From Octopus sinensis (lineage: Eukaryota), in the NCBI RefSeq assembly GCF_006345805.1, contig NC_043015.1:50282001-50346000 (forward strand): 64,000 nucleotides of DNA, given 5' to 3'. Positions 1 to 13,149 of the stretch are shown in pieces. The notes beneath the pieces were generated by a model. It did not search any database, was not told the origin of the DNA, and worked only from the letters and a program-made list of their open reading frames with translations. The translations under genes and the position numbers were made by a program. Each line of letters opens with the position of its first letter. The stretch's first letter is position 1.

Positions 1-27
1 CATATATAAAAGTTATATATAATATAT

Positions 28-84
<57 letters not shown>

Positions 85-408
85 TACATAACTTTATACA
101 TAGAAATGTGTGTGTATATGTATTTGTATATATACGTACATATTTATGGGTGTAGATTTATATACACACACACACACACATACATGCACAACAGATGCAG
201 CATATTCATAAAAAAGAAAAGACTCTCTTTAGCCAAGAGAAGAAAGACAGGATGACGCTCATTACAGGAATCCTCAAGTCATCGTCAGGGAATATATAAT
301 AGAGAAGATATGTGGGTCTGGATAATTCAATAGTTCACTAAACATATATCAACTGTGGTGGAAGGCTGGTGAGGTGGTGATGGTCGTGGAAGAGACCCCC
401 GTTCTTCT
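1..408 (-). other. Start of the 3' UTR of the LHFPL6-like gene (end not defined)
   Basis: Sequence downstream of the TGA at 411-409. No clear minus-strand AATAAA was seen before the window edge. Confidence 0.6.
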
Positions 409-527
409 TCAGATATGGTACGCTGCACTTTTGTTTTTAGCTGCATGACAAGACAGCAAAGAACAAAGAAGAGTTACTCCAGCGGCGCCACCTGTCATGT
501 AGAAAGCCCATGACAGTGTACACATTC
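409..527 (-). CDS. LHFPL6: Terminal coding exon of an LHFPL6/LHFP-like tetraspan membrane protein: (G)MCTLSWAFYMTGGAAGVTLLCSLLSCHAAKNKSAAYHI*
   Basis: Polypyrimidine acceptor cctttcttcttctctccttccAG ends at 528, phase 1, stop TGA at 411-409. The peptide aligns without gaps to the human LHFP C-terminus as I recall it ([39 protein letters not shown]). It joins in frame to exon 20564-20662. Confidence 0.88.
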
Positions 528-767
528 CTGGAAGGAGAGAAGAAGAAAGGTATCAGCATTAATGAATAGACATAAAGGATCTATATATATATATAGTATA
601 TATATAGTATATATATATGTATATATATATAGTATATATAAACCCACACATATAAACAAACATACATGCGCACACACACATATATATATACACACATGCA
701 GATATATTCATACACATATATGAATACATACCGACACACACACTATATATATATGTACATATGTATA

Positions 768-824
<57 letters not shown>

Positions 825-977
825 ATGCATACATATGTACATATACATGTATGTATATGTATATATATATAATATATATAGTTGAGGTATGTATTGGTTA
901 TGGAGGGAGGTGTGTAGTTGTGGAATTGGGGGTGGTGCTGTTGCTGCTTTAGAGTAATCCTTGTTTTTAATATTGTG

Positions 978-1009
<32 letters not shown>

Positions 1010-1287
1010 TATGTATACATATATATACATATATATACATATACATATATACATAGATACATACACACACACACACACACACAATACATATATATATACA
1101 CATACATACATACCCATGTTGGCATAGAAAATGGATGTTAAATAATGATGATGATGATGACAGACAATACATATATAAATATACATACATACACACAATA
1201 TATATTTATATATATATATATATCACACACACATGCACATATATTCCCATACACAGATATGTATACGCACATATATACATACGTACA

Positions 1288-1321
<34 letters not shown>

Positions 1322-1432
1322 TGTACGCACCACTAAATATATAAATAATTAGATTGAGATAGAGAGAAATAAGAAAAAGAACCAACAGGTAGATTATTGC
1401 TATTATTATCATTATTATTATTATCATTATTA

Positions 1433-1483
<51 letters not shown>

Positions 1484-1622
1484 TATTTTTGTTTTTTCCA
1501 TTAATGGAAGTTAATAAAGAAACAGATATAAAAACAGAAACAGAGAATAGCACAAAAGACTACAAATTTAATCTTCTGTTTTCCTAATGAAACACTTACA
1601 ATGAGATAAAACTGAAATAGTG

Positions 1623-1872
1623 GTTAAATTCTTTTGATTCTAACCCCCAAGAGACATCTCTTGGTTTTGCGATACAAACTTTCTCTCTCGAAACAGCGAT
1701 CTAAATGAAAATCTTTCATCAAAATTTCATGTTAATTAATGTTTTTTTTTTGTGTGTTCCAAACACCAGCTTAATAATGACGAAGTTATTTTAATAAATT
1801 CTTCATAATTTGCAAAATCAGATGAAACAAAAACACCAGTGTATTTCAACAGAAGAATGGTAACCGTGTTAA
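1623..1872. mobile_element. Probable non-autonomous DNA element (MITE-like, TTAA-type ends); a second degenerate copy at about 1915-2820 is interrupted by a SINE
   Basis: Ends ggTTAAattcttttgat ... atggtaaccgtgTTAAa. The internal motif ccaaacaccagcttaataatgac recurs at about 2008-2030. Confidence 0.4.
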
Positions 1873-2061
1873 ATATTGTAAGATTCTCTTAGTCTGTGTG
1901 TTCAGTGTCTCACTTGAGACCGTCCTTTGGTTTTATGATGCAAACTTTTTGTTTTAAAATGAGCTAAATTAAAATTTTCCATAAAAATTTTATGTTAATT
2001 TATATTCAAAAACACCAACTTAATAATGGCAATGTGATTGGAATGAATCTTTCGTTATTTT

Positions 2062-2161
2062 ACTCTTTTAGTCTTTTACTTGTTTCGGTCATTTGACTGA
2101 GGCCATGCTGCAGCACCGATGATGACAGACAATACATATATGAATATAGATACATACACAC

Positions 2162-2195
<34 letters not shown>

Positions 2196-2257
2196 ACACA
2201 TGCACATATATACCCATACACAAATATATACACATACACAGATATGTATACACGCAT

Positions 2258-2290
<33 letters not shown>

Positions 2291-2535
2291 AATATACGCA
2301 CCACTAAATATATAAAAGCACCGCCTTTAGTCGATCGAGCAAATCGACCCCAGGACTTATTCTTTGTAAGCCTAGTACTTATTCTATTAGTCACTTTTGC
2401 TGAACCGCTAAGTTACGGAGACATAAACACACCAGCATCGGTTGTCAAGTGATGTTGGGGGGACAAACATAGATTCTTCAAGTCATCGTCAGGGAATATA
2501 ATAGAGAAGATATGTGGGTCTGGATATATAAACAT

Positions 2536-2574
<39 letters not shown>

Positions 2575-2766
2575 CACACACACATATATATATATATATA
2601 TACGACGGGCTTCTTTCAGTTTCCTTCTACCAAATCCACTCACAAAGCTTTGGTCAGCCCGAGGCTATAGTAGAAGACACTTGCCCAAGGTGCCACGCAG
2701 TGGGACTGAACCCAGAACCATGTGGTTCATAAGCAAGCTACTTATCACACAGCCACTCCTGTGCTA
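2062..2766 (-). mobile_element. SINE family A (tRNA head, TA/CA linker, CR1-type tail) carrying two locally templated insertions
   Basis: Head agtggctgtgtgataagtagcttgc with A/B-box-like motifs, and tail gactgaggccatgctg...(gtaaaaga)n. Extra segments at 2119-2317 and 2475-2525. Confidence 0.85.
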
Positions 2767-3093
2767 AATGAAACAAACATAGTGTATTTCAGCCCAAAAA
2801 TGATAACAAAAGGACCAAATCCTTTATGAGATTAAATTCTTGCTATTGCTTAACCCCAGGTAAGACCTAATCAAGCAGATCTACATTCAAAGACACTACT
2901 GTTTCTTTTCCTTTCTAGATTATACAATATGTTCTCAAGATAGTAGTGTGTAGTTTGAGGTAAATTTGACTGTTTTTTCTGGAGCATGATGGTGCATGCA
3001 TGCACATGGATAACTGTTAGCTAGTAACTAATACCTTACATGTTGTTATTTAGCCCTGAGTCAGCTCTGATTGAAGTGACCTATGATCAAAGG

Positions 3094-3350
3094 CGAGGAG
3101 GAGCATGGCTTGGTAGTTAAAGTGCTTGAATTATGATTGTAAGATTGTGGTTTCGATTCTTGGACAGGGCGATGTGTTGTGTTCTTGAGCAAAACACTTT
3201 ATTTCACGCTGCTCTGATCCACTCAACTGGCAAAAATGAGGAATCCTGGGTCAGACCAGCATCCCATCCAGGGAAGAATATATATGCCATGGAAACTGGG
3301 AAGCTGGGAAACTGGCTCTATGCTTCTTATGGAGTGATGTGGACTAACTG
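3094..3350 (+). mobile_element. tRNA-derived SINE (family D-like head with gtgttcttgagcaaaacacttta domain)
   Basis: A-box-like tggcttggtagtt, B-box-like ggtttcgattc. 10-bp TSD tgatcaaagg at 3084-3093 and 3351-3360. Confidence 0.75.
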
Positions 3351-4149
3351 TGATCAAAGGTATTCCGGCTTTGACCCTCCAGTCCTTTTTTAAACATAGT
3401 GTATCACAGAATACATCAACCATTATGTCAATGTTTCAAAAGTGGTAGGCTGAGATAGATACTGTTTCTAGCAAACAAGTGACAAGATGGAAGCCTCCTC
3501 ACTGCTCTGTCAGATCAAGCAGATAAAATAAGAGTGGGGGAAGGGACTCCTCCACCAAATCTAAAGTTAATGATAAAATCTTCCTCCTGCAGATGTTATT
3601 ATATGAAAATTGCTTGGTGATTCTTTCCACTATCATTTCCAATAGCTGGGATTTTTCTTTTAGGAATTATAGTCCTAAATGATATCCTTGGCAATTCCAA
3701 AAATAATGGTGTACGGAAGATGATAACGGAGAATATTAGGAATACATTTCTTTCCCTCCCATTTGAAGGAAAAAGAATCAATTTTCTTCTTCTGATCATT
3801 TCATTTTTATTATATACATCCCCTCATATCATTCCCTATCTTTAACCACCCCTTACTCTCCCCATACACTCTTGCAACCTCTATCCACCCATACACCCTG
3901 TTCTTCTATCCCCACTTCTATTCACCTTCTTCTACTTCATGGGTTTGTCCAGGTTACTTCAACCTTCTCTTTTATAATGGCAGAAACCATGTAGTTCCTC
4001 TGCAACAATAGTTCCCAACCATTATTTTTTTCTTACCTATGGTCCCTTCTGATCCCTATTTCACCCAGGTGGACACCCACAACCACTTGATGTTTAAAAA
4101 AAAATCTTATATTTTTATAATTAAATATTGCTTTCAAATTTTTGCACAA

Positions 4150-4300
4150 GGCCAGCATTTTCTGGGGAGGGGTAAAGCCAATTACATTGACCCCAATAGA
4201 ACTGAACTATTGACCCCAAAAGGATGAAAGTTAAAGTTGACCTTGGCGGATTTTGAACTCAGAACATAAGGACGGATGAAATGCTGCTAAGCATAGAAAT
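4150..4300 (-). mobile_element. SINE family B fragment
   Basis: Contains ccaaaaggatgaaagttaaagttgaccttggcggattttgaactcagaac, the family B core. Confidence 0.7.
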
Positions 4301-4711
4301 TATATAAAATAAATGTTAACACGGACAGCCATGTCGAAGTGGCTACGAACATCACTTGTTAGTACAGCAAGGATCTCTCTTAGATTTTAGGAAGAACTAG
4401 CATTTTTGCTTGTTGCAGAATCAGCAACTGTATGTCACATGAAATTATATACATATCGCAAGCAGAAGTGAGCTACTGCCATCTCTAGCAGACAAGGTAC
4501 TGAAGAAAGGCAGAAATAGCCCCAAACCAGGCTGGTCTGCTGGTGGTAGGGGTTTTCTCCCCTGCTCGCAATGTCTCGAAATGTTAACACATTTTGCATA
4601 AAGTAGAAATATAACTAATCTTATATGGACCCCCAAGGGACATGGACTTCAAGAGTCATAAGGACCCTGTTTGACAGCCACTGATCTACAATGACAAACC
4701 AGTTATGCCTC

Positions 4712-5030
4712 ATTACCTCTGTCTTAGCAAAGGTGGAGGCATTGTTTTTAGTCGTGTTTGTTTGTCTGTGGACAAGATATCTCAAGAACTGCTGGAAGGA
4801 TTTGGATGAAACTTTCAAGGATATTTAGCCTCATGACTGGCACAAACTGATTAGATTTTGGGATTGATCTGATACTGACAAGGCTTCTGGATTATTTTTC
4901 CTGTTATTTTTTACTTAATGTTTGAGTGGGGTCGGGTTCACTTTTTGTCGAGTTTATTTCAGATATTCTCATTTTAAAAATCATCTCTGGCTAATTGTTG
5001 AGAGGACATAGATGTTGCCTTGGTGGAGGT
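4712..5030 (+). mobile_element. Helentron-associated non-autonomous element (HINE/DINE-1-like)
   Basis: 5' ttacctctgtcttagcaaaggtggagg, then a (gttt/gtct) tract and ggatttggatgaaacttt. The 3' gccttggtggaggt is an inverted partner of the 5' motif. Architecture match is from recall. Confidence 0.6.
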
Positions 5031-5305
5031 CAACCCCTGACACCGAGAGCATTGACGGATGGATGAATGCGCATCCAGGCTCAGCGGTTGCGTAAGAAGT
5101 CGGGGACAAGAAACAGAAAGAAAGAGTGAGAGAAAGTTGGAGTGAAACAGTACAACAGGGGTCGCCACCACCCCCTGCCAGAGCCTCGTGGAACTTTTAG
5201 GTGTTTTTGCTCAAGAAACACACACAACGCCCGGTCTGGGAATCGAAACCGCGATCCTCCGACTGTGAGTCTGCTGCCCTAACCACTGGGCCATTGCGCC
5301 TCCAC
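5031..5305 (-). mobile_element. SINE family D
   Basis: Reverse complement starts gtggaggcgcaatggcccagtggttagggcagcagact...ggtttcgattccc, homologous to 51840-52140. Confidence 0.75.
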
Positions 5306-5654
5306 TTTGTTGTTGCTGCTGCAACTACTGCAGATGTTGCTGTAATTGTTGTTGCTACTACTGTTACTGTTGTTTTTGCAGCTGTAGTGGTCACCTGCCT
5401 TCGCCGGTGCTTTTGCTGCAGTGGTGATGTAAGCAAAAGTAGGATCATCCTTCTCTCTTTTGCTATGGTCAAAAGATCTTCAGATAATTTGTGTCCTAAC
5501 ATGTGTAACACCTTGGTTTTCTCCTCTCAGCAACTGCATGAAGGTTAGTGCCATTTTGCAAATTTACAATGTCTGGGATTGCTTCTAGACTTTCTTAATC
5601 CATCTGCACCAACAACTCCATGCCTTAATGCAACCATTTTTGTTTCTGCACCTG

Positions 5655-5885
5655 CAGGACAACGAAAAACCTGGCTGATGACAGTCAAGGCTGATCTGGA
5701 ACCCAACCTAGGCCCCCATATCTATGCCGTTCACCGCTGGAATAAGGAGTGGTTGGAGATCATGCAGTCGTTAGCCCCAAATCACCAGGCCTGGTCGGCA
5801 TTTGTGAGAGATGCAGCATTGAGGATGAATGAAGCCAGCTCGACCCACCCTGGGTGAATGCTGTCAAGTCAAAATAGTCAAAGGA
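5655..5885 (+). mobile_element. RTE-clade LINE 3' fragment
   Basis: GQRKTWLMTVKADLEP...RWNKEWL...WSAFVRDAA...STHPG* followed by a (gtcaa)-type tail. Paralogous to 60539-60777. Confidence 0.75.
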
Positions 5886-6895
5886 CAACTGTCACTAACC
5901 AGAAGTTGTCTTTTTCTGTGGGTATGTCTCCAATTTTAGCTTCTGATACTCAGTAGCCCAGGTACCAAAACCAGTTCTTCATTTTTGAAAGTGAAAGTAG
6001 AAAACTTCCTTGCCTCCTTTATTGTGGCATATTTCACCCCTACAGTGTCACATCACTCCTATGCCACAAATATCTTCATATTTTACACTGGTCTTAACAC
6101 TTTTCAATTTGGTGCTGTGTCACTTGTTCTAGTTTATGACTTTTATTCCTGTCATTTTGTTTATTATTGCTTTTCTCAAAGTGTTCTCTACAATGGTTTT
6201 AGGGGTGTTAAAAGTAACCCTTTTTCCATTTCTTTCTAACATGATTCTTGTATTTATTTTTAAAAACGTCCATCAACAACTTTACATTTTCTTGTGCTTG
6301 ATGCACTACAGCAGCAAAACCATTAATGCTTGATTTGTGGTTTTTGTCATTTTCAGTGACTGTATTGACATTAATGGCGGCAGTGGTGGCGATGGTGGTT
6401 GAATTTGCATGTGTTATGTGTAAAGAACTTGTCTTCCTTTTCCATGTTTATTTTTTGTTTGTTGTTGTTATTGCTTTGGTCGGTGCTTATATTTTCTTTT
6501 ATGTTGATGTTTTTATAGTTGCTGCTGATTCTGCTGCTGTGACATCTTTCCATGTTTGATAGATTATCTGGGATGGGGGGGATTAATGGTGAAGGACAAG
6601 TTTGTCTTAAAAACCACCTTCCGTTTTCCTCTCTTTTTGATTCAGCGACGAAGCTGATGCCATATTAAATTTTGCTCAATATTTCAAAAAGAAATATTCT
6701 CTTTTTCAAAATTTCACCCCTTAAGGGCAGATAACAATAGCTTTTGCTGAGACCCGTATGGTCTGCTCTAAGCATGACTCACTATATAGCAAAAACCAAA
6801 ACAAAAATAGGTTTATAACAATGCAAACAAGGCAATAACTCACAGGATGTTCACAACATTTCTAGTCTTGGTGATAAACAATAATAATAATAATA

Positions 6896-6930
<35 letters not shown>

Positions 6931-7372
6931 GTTTCAAATTGTGGCACCAGGCCAGCAGTTTTAGGGGAAGCATAAGTCGAGTACATCAACCCTAGTCTAT
7001 AACTGGTATTTATTTTATCAACCCCGAAAGGATGAACAGCAAAGTCAACCTCGGCGGAATTTGAGCTTGGAACGTAAAGACAGACTAAGCATTTTGCTTG
7101 GAATCCTGATGATTCTGTCAGCTTATTGCCTTAATGATAATAATAATAATAATAGTTTCAAATTGTGGCACATGGCCAGCAGTTTTAGGGGAAGCATAGG
7201 TCGAGTACATCGACCCTAGTCTATAACTGGTATTTATTTTATCAACCCTGAAAGGATGAATGGCAAAGTCGACCTCGGTGGAATTTGAACTCAGAACGTA
7301 AAGACAGACTAAGCGTTTTACTGCTAAGCATTTTGCTTGGCATCCTAATGATTTTGTCAGCTTACTACCTTA
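6931..7372 (-). mobile_element. Two tandem SINE family B copies between (AAT)n tracts
   Basis: Units begin at 6931 and 7155 (period 224) and share private variants. Confidence 0.8.
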
Positions 7373-7385
7373 ATAATAATAATAA

Positions 7386-7446
<61 letters not shown>

Positions 7447-9266
7447 GTAATAATAATGTTAGTCATGGTAGTTCTTCAAATACAAAAAAAAAACCCCTCT
7501 TGTTGCAACCATGAGCTAAATTACTAGATATTTACTTGGATAGATAAAACTCATTTTAGTTCTGTAGACATCTCCAGCTTTATTGTAGTCCAACTTACCA
7601 TGTGGCGCCATAAATCCATATATTTCTATTCTTTATAGCATCGCTTGTAACACTTAGAAACAGCACATCAAATATGACTTTTGCAATTCCATTCCATTCC
7701 ATTTCACATTTCCAGATATATTTACTTTTTTATTGCTCAATAACGTTTCATTCGTTCGTTAATCCATCTGAAGAAAATCCTGAATTCCTTGACTTTCTAC
7801 CTTAAGCCGGCTTCCATAAGCTATAGACCAAACGCTCCTTTGATGTAATATATATAAAAGATAACTAATAAATGGCGATTGAGTTCAGAAATAACTTAGT
7901 GATACCAGATTTACGTAAGTGCTGTATAAAACATAGTGAAACCGAAGTATTTTGCATCGTTGTGTGGATGACAACAGTATCTTACTCTGCAGCATCTTTG
8001 GCCAATGTATGTTACTGCAGACTTGAGTTTGTGAGAGGAATTTTAATAGAATAAAACTGCATATGCTTTAAGTATGCTACACACCTTGCTAATTTGAACT
8101 AATACTGCTCCTGTTGCTAATAACGAATTATCATTCACTATTCTGGCTAAATGTGACACCAGTGACCTTTCAATCACTATCACTTGACAACTGATGCTGG
8201 TGAGTTTACATATAATAAGTACTAGGATTACAAAGAATAAGTCCTGGGGTTGATTTATTCGTCTAAAAAAACCCCCTTAAGGTGGTACTCCAGCATAGAC
8301 ACAATTTTTTGTTCAACTAGCAGACAATTTCTGCTTAGCATATGTTGCCAGTGAACACATTCTTCTGATGAAGCTCAAAAAAAATCAGAAATCTGGAGTA
8401 ATCAATGACAGCACCACAGCTGCCGGGCAATATTCACCTGCTGTTGATATATGGCTGTCTTTTAACACTATACGTCTATAAGAGATAGTTTCTTGAGATA
8501 AATACCACAGTTTAGAAGGTTTTCAACAGTATGTATGATTTAAGTATGATATACAGATTGCAAATGAATATGTATATTTTATGGCAGGCTTCCATACAGT
8601 TTTCATCTACAAAATATTCATGGTTGGGTAGTTATGGAATTTGTTTCATCCCCACATGGATTTTGGGTTCCATATCACATGTGGCACCTAAGGCAAGTAA
8701 CTTCTGTGATAGACTTCAACTGCCAATGGTTTGAGAATGAAATTTTGTAAATGAAAGCTGTACAGAAGCCTTTTGTGTGTGTATATCATATATGTGTGTG
8801 TGTGTGCATACAGACATGTATATTTATATATGTATACACACACACACATATATATGGGGAGAGAGAAAGAGAGAGAGTGAGCATAAGGCACAGGTTTAGC
8901 TTGTGTAGTCAAGAAACTTGTTTCTCAACCATGGGTTTTGGATTCAATCCCAGTGCACAGCAACTTGGGTAAATGTACTTTGGCCTCGGGCTAACCAAAG
9001 TCTTCTGAGCAGACTTGGTAAAAGAAAACTGAAAGAAGTCCATCGTATGTATGTGTGTGTGTGTGTATCTTGGCATTTCTTGTCTTCTGAGAAAAACATG
9101 CTTGGTCATGGTAAAATATTAACCAGTTTGGAAAGAGATAAGGGTTGGCAACAATAAAAGCCACAGACCATATAATACTGGCCTCAAAAAATTCCATCTG
9201 AGCCATGCCACTACGGAAAAGTGTACATTAAAAGGATGATGATGGTTGCACACACCCACACAGACA

Positions 9267-9310
<44 letters not shown>

Positions 9311-9948
9311 GTGAATTTTTTATGTAGCAATTTATGAGTTTCATGCAACAGCAATCTTCAATGTGTGAACTATTACAGCTTATCATCAATATTTGTTTGA
9401 AAAAGACAGTTTGTTTTTAATTAGTTTTGTTTTATTTAATTGAAATATATGTTAATCTAATCAAGGCTGCCTGTTTGTGTTTTTCTTTTGGTCAAGATTA
9501 AGGAATTTTATCAAGTTGGTTGTGAGTGAATTTAACCATAAAATTAATTGAGGAAGTATTTATTTGTGGGCGTATTTATGATATTGTAAGAGACGTTCAT
9601 GGTTGAGTGGTTTTGATAATGTGTTTGGAATTTTGCTTTTTGTTTTGATCTCGCTTGTTAAATTGTTTGTAAGCTAATTAAAGACTTTCGTTAGTTCAGT
9701 GTATGTTTTTACTAATTATAAATATTAGGGGTTATTTGTATGCGTGTGTATTTTGTTTCTATGTGTATGTTGTGTTCAAGGTTGGTGGTTTCTTTTATGT
9801 TATTTATATATAAATGCGTGTATCTGTGTGTGTGTGTGTGTGTGTGGTGTGTGTGTGTGTGTGTATACGTGTATGTATATATATATATGTATATATATGT
9901 GTGTATATGTATATACATATATATATACATACATGTATATAAACACAC

Positions 9949-10007
<59 letters not shown>

Positions 10008-10310
10008 CATATATAAGTGTATATATATGTATATATGCATGTGTATATACACAACACATATATATATATACATGCATAAATATATATATACATGCATAAA
10101 TATATACATACATATATATTTATACATATACATATGTATGTACATATATATGTCTCTCTCTCTATATATATGTATGTATGTATGTATGTATATACATATC
10201 CATACATACATACATACATACATAATACATACATACATACATACATACATACATACATACATACATGCATACATACACACACACACACACATATATATAT
10301 ATACACACAC

Positions 10311-10366
<56 letters not shown>

Positions 10367-10514
10367 ACATCTGGTTCACTAAATTTGTTTCGGTGTTGGG
10401 ATTGAGTGGGCTTCACTAATGTGTTTGAACTTTTGTTTTGGTCATTCTTATTATTTTGTATGGTTTAATGAGTTTAAATGTTAAAGTAATTAAGAGATTT
10501 GTATTTCTTTATCA

Positions 10515-11350
10515 TATGCACAGGCGTGGCTGTGTGGTAAGTAGCTTGCTTCCAAACCACGTGTCTCCAGGTTCAGTCCCACCGTGTGGCACCTTGGCTA
10601 AATATCTTCTGCTATAACCACAGGTTGACCAAAGTTATTTGAGTGGATCTGGTAGATGGAAACTGAAAGAAGCCCATTGTATGTATATATATATATATAT
10701 ATATATGGTTGGCGTTAGGAAGGGCATCCAGCTGTAGAAACACTGCCAGATCTGACTGGACTGGTGCAGCTTTCAGGCTCCCCAGACCCCAGTTGAACCG
10801 TCCAACCCATGCTAGCATGGAAAGCGGACGTTAAATGATGATGATGATGATGATGATGATATACAATGGGCTGGATACGTCGCCCGGCTCACCGATAATC
10901 GGTGGACCCACGCAGTTGTCGAGTGGTACCCACATGAGCAGAAACGACCACCCGGAAGGCCTCTACGATGGTGGAGTTATGATTTCAGGAGGACGATTGG
11001 GATCACATGGATGAGAAAGGCGCGATCCAGAGAGGAGTAGACAGCGTGCTGTGACCAGCGGTGTCAAATGGATGCTTGATGGACTGGTCTGTCAAGGTGG
11101 TCAAGGTGATATATATACATATGAACATATTTGTGTGGTTGTGTCTATGTTTGTCCTCATCTCCACCACCATCGCTTGGCAACCGATGCTGGTGTCTTTA
11201 TATCTCTATAACTTAGCTGATCGACAAAAGGGACTGATAGAATAAGCACTAGGCTTACAAAGAATAAGTCCTGGAGGTGATTTCTTCAACTTAAAACTCC
11301 GTTAAAGTGGTGCTCCAGCATGGCCACAACCAAATGACTGAAACAAATAA
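10515..11350 (+). mobile_element. SINE family A split at its TA linker by a SINE C 3' module (10706-10860) and an RTE 3' fragment (10862-11110)
   Basis: 5' half at about 10515-10680 and 3' half at about 11130-11350 flank the two inserts. Confidence 0.8.
10862..11110 (+). mobile_element. RTE LINE 3' end
   Basis: Translates QWAGYVARLTDNRWTHAVVEWYPHEQKRPPGRPLRWW...WMRKARSREE*, typical of the RTE C-terminus. Tail (caaggtg) repeats. Confidence 0.8.
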
Positions 11351-11828
11351 AGGAATTAAAAAATGAAAGATTATCTTGTTTGAATTCCTGATCCCTAAGT
11401 ATCTAAGTATTGTGTGTGCGTGTGTGTGTGCATGTGCGTGCGCATGTGTGTGTGTGCATGTGTGTGTGTATGTGTACATGTGTGTATGTGAGTTTGCATG
11501 TGTGGGTGTATGTATGTTTGTGTGTATGTGTATGAGTGGGTATGTGTATGCATGTGTGTGTATCTGTGTATGTGTGTGTGCATGTATGTATATATGTGTG
11601 TACGTGTGTGTGTATGTGTTAGTGTGTGTGTGTATGTGTGTGTACATGTATTGGTCAAAACTCCTGTTTGCTTGTTAATCATGTGTGTGTATGTGTGTGT
11701 GTATCTGTGTATGTGTGTGTGTATGTGTGTGCATGTATGTGGGTGTATATGTGTGTGTACGTGTGTGTGTATGTGTGTGCATATGCATTGTTCAAGACTC
11801 CTATTTGCTTGTTAATCATGTGTTACTT

Positions 11829-11867
<39 letters not shown>

Positions 11868-12094
11868 TGTGTGGGTGGGTGGGTGTGTGGGTGTGTGTGT
11901 GTGTGCATGCACATGTATGTGAGCGTTTTTCTGCCTTAACATGGCTCAGCTGTTGTGCAGAAACTAATTGAATACAGATATTGGGTTTCAAAACCAAGTA
12001 AGCACTGACCCCAGGAAGGGTCATGGGGCTACAGAACACTGCCTCAGGAAGTTTCTTTCAACCTATACCAGCAGGGAACAAACAGGAACAAAGA

Positions 12095-12585
12095 AATGAT
12101 GATGATGGTGATGATGACAGTGGTGGTGACAAGGGTGGTGATGGTGATGATGACGGTGGTGATGGTAGTAATGGTGATGAAGTGATGGTGGTGAAGATGA
12201 TGGTGGTGATGGTGATGGTGATGGTGGTGGTGGTGATGGTGCTGGTAGTGATGGTGGTGGTGATGGTGATGATGGTGGTGATAATGATGGTGGTGACAGT
12301 GATGATGATGGTGGTGGTGATGATGATGATGATGGTGGTGATGGTGGTGGTGATGATGGTAGTGATGGTGGTAGTGATGGTGGTGGTGATGGTGATGAGG
12401 TGATGGTGATGGTGGTGGTGATGATGGTGATTATGATGGTGGTGGTGGTGATGACGGTAATTATGATGGTGGTGGTGGTGGTGATGATGATGATGGTGAT
12501 AGTGATGACAATGGTGGCAGTGGTAATGATGATGATGGCGATGATGATGATGATGGTGATGATGATGGTGATGATGATGATGATA
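12095..12585. repeat. (GAT/GGT)n trinucleotide array
   Basis: Direct reading. Confidence 0.95.
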
Positions 12586-13149
12586 TACATGTGTGTGTAT
12601 TGTCAGGCAAAGGAAGTAAACACCAGTGGGAAAAAAGGAAAAAAAAACCCAATCCAAAATTGGCGCTTATAGAACAAAGACCCCTGTTGATATTGTTTCT
12701 GTAGTGAGTTGCAGAGATTTCCTTTTTATTGCTGTTGCCATTGGAAATGCAAGTGAAACCATTGATTGGTCGATTGAATAATCATTACCAATGATGCTAT
12801 TATTGATCACAAAATGTTGTATGAAGAATAAACACAAAAACGATTTTATCATTTTGTTTGTAGTTAGAAATATTAAATGTAAGAATAATTTGATTTATTT
12901 CACACTATGGAGTATAACAATTGTAATTCTTAGATAAGAAATGGAATAATTAACTTCAGAGTTGCTTAAATAAGTATGACTGACTCTGGTGATGTGTCTG
13001 CTGATAAAAGTAATCTTGTAGTTAGAAATATGAGACATATTGGAAACTTTCTTCTGAAAGTTTTGAATGTCTTAAAAGGTTTCCATTGGCAACTAGCAAA
13101 ATAGTTGCTGGGTGGAATACAGAGTGTTATATATTGTGTAGGAAGGGTA

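Noticed and set aside
200-330. Open frame YYIFPDDDLRIPVMSVIL... on the minus strand
   Set aside because: It lies in the 3' UTR after the true stop, with no acceptor or homology.
7593-7680. Minus-strand donor CACATG/GTAAGT as an extra LHFPL6 exon
   Set aside because: There is no convincing acceptor or homologous peptide, and the two known exons already join in frame.
9400-10500. Strand-biased T/G-rich tract (also 12680-13080) as an ancient retroelement ORF
   Set aside because: Many stops and no diagnostic motif I can identify, so it cannot be assigned without a profile search.
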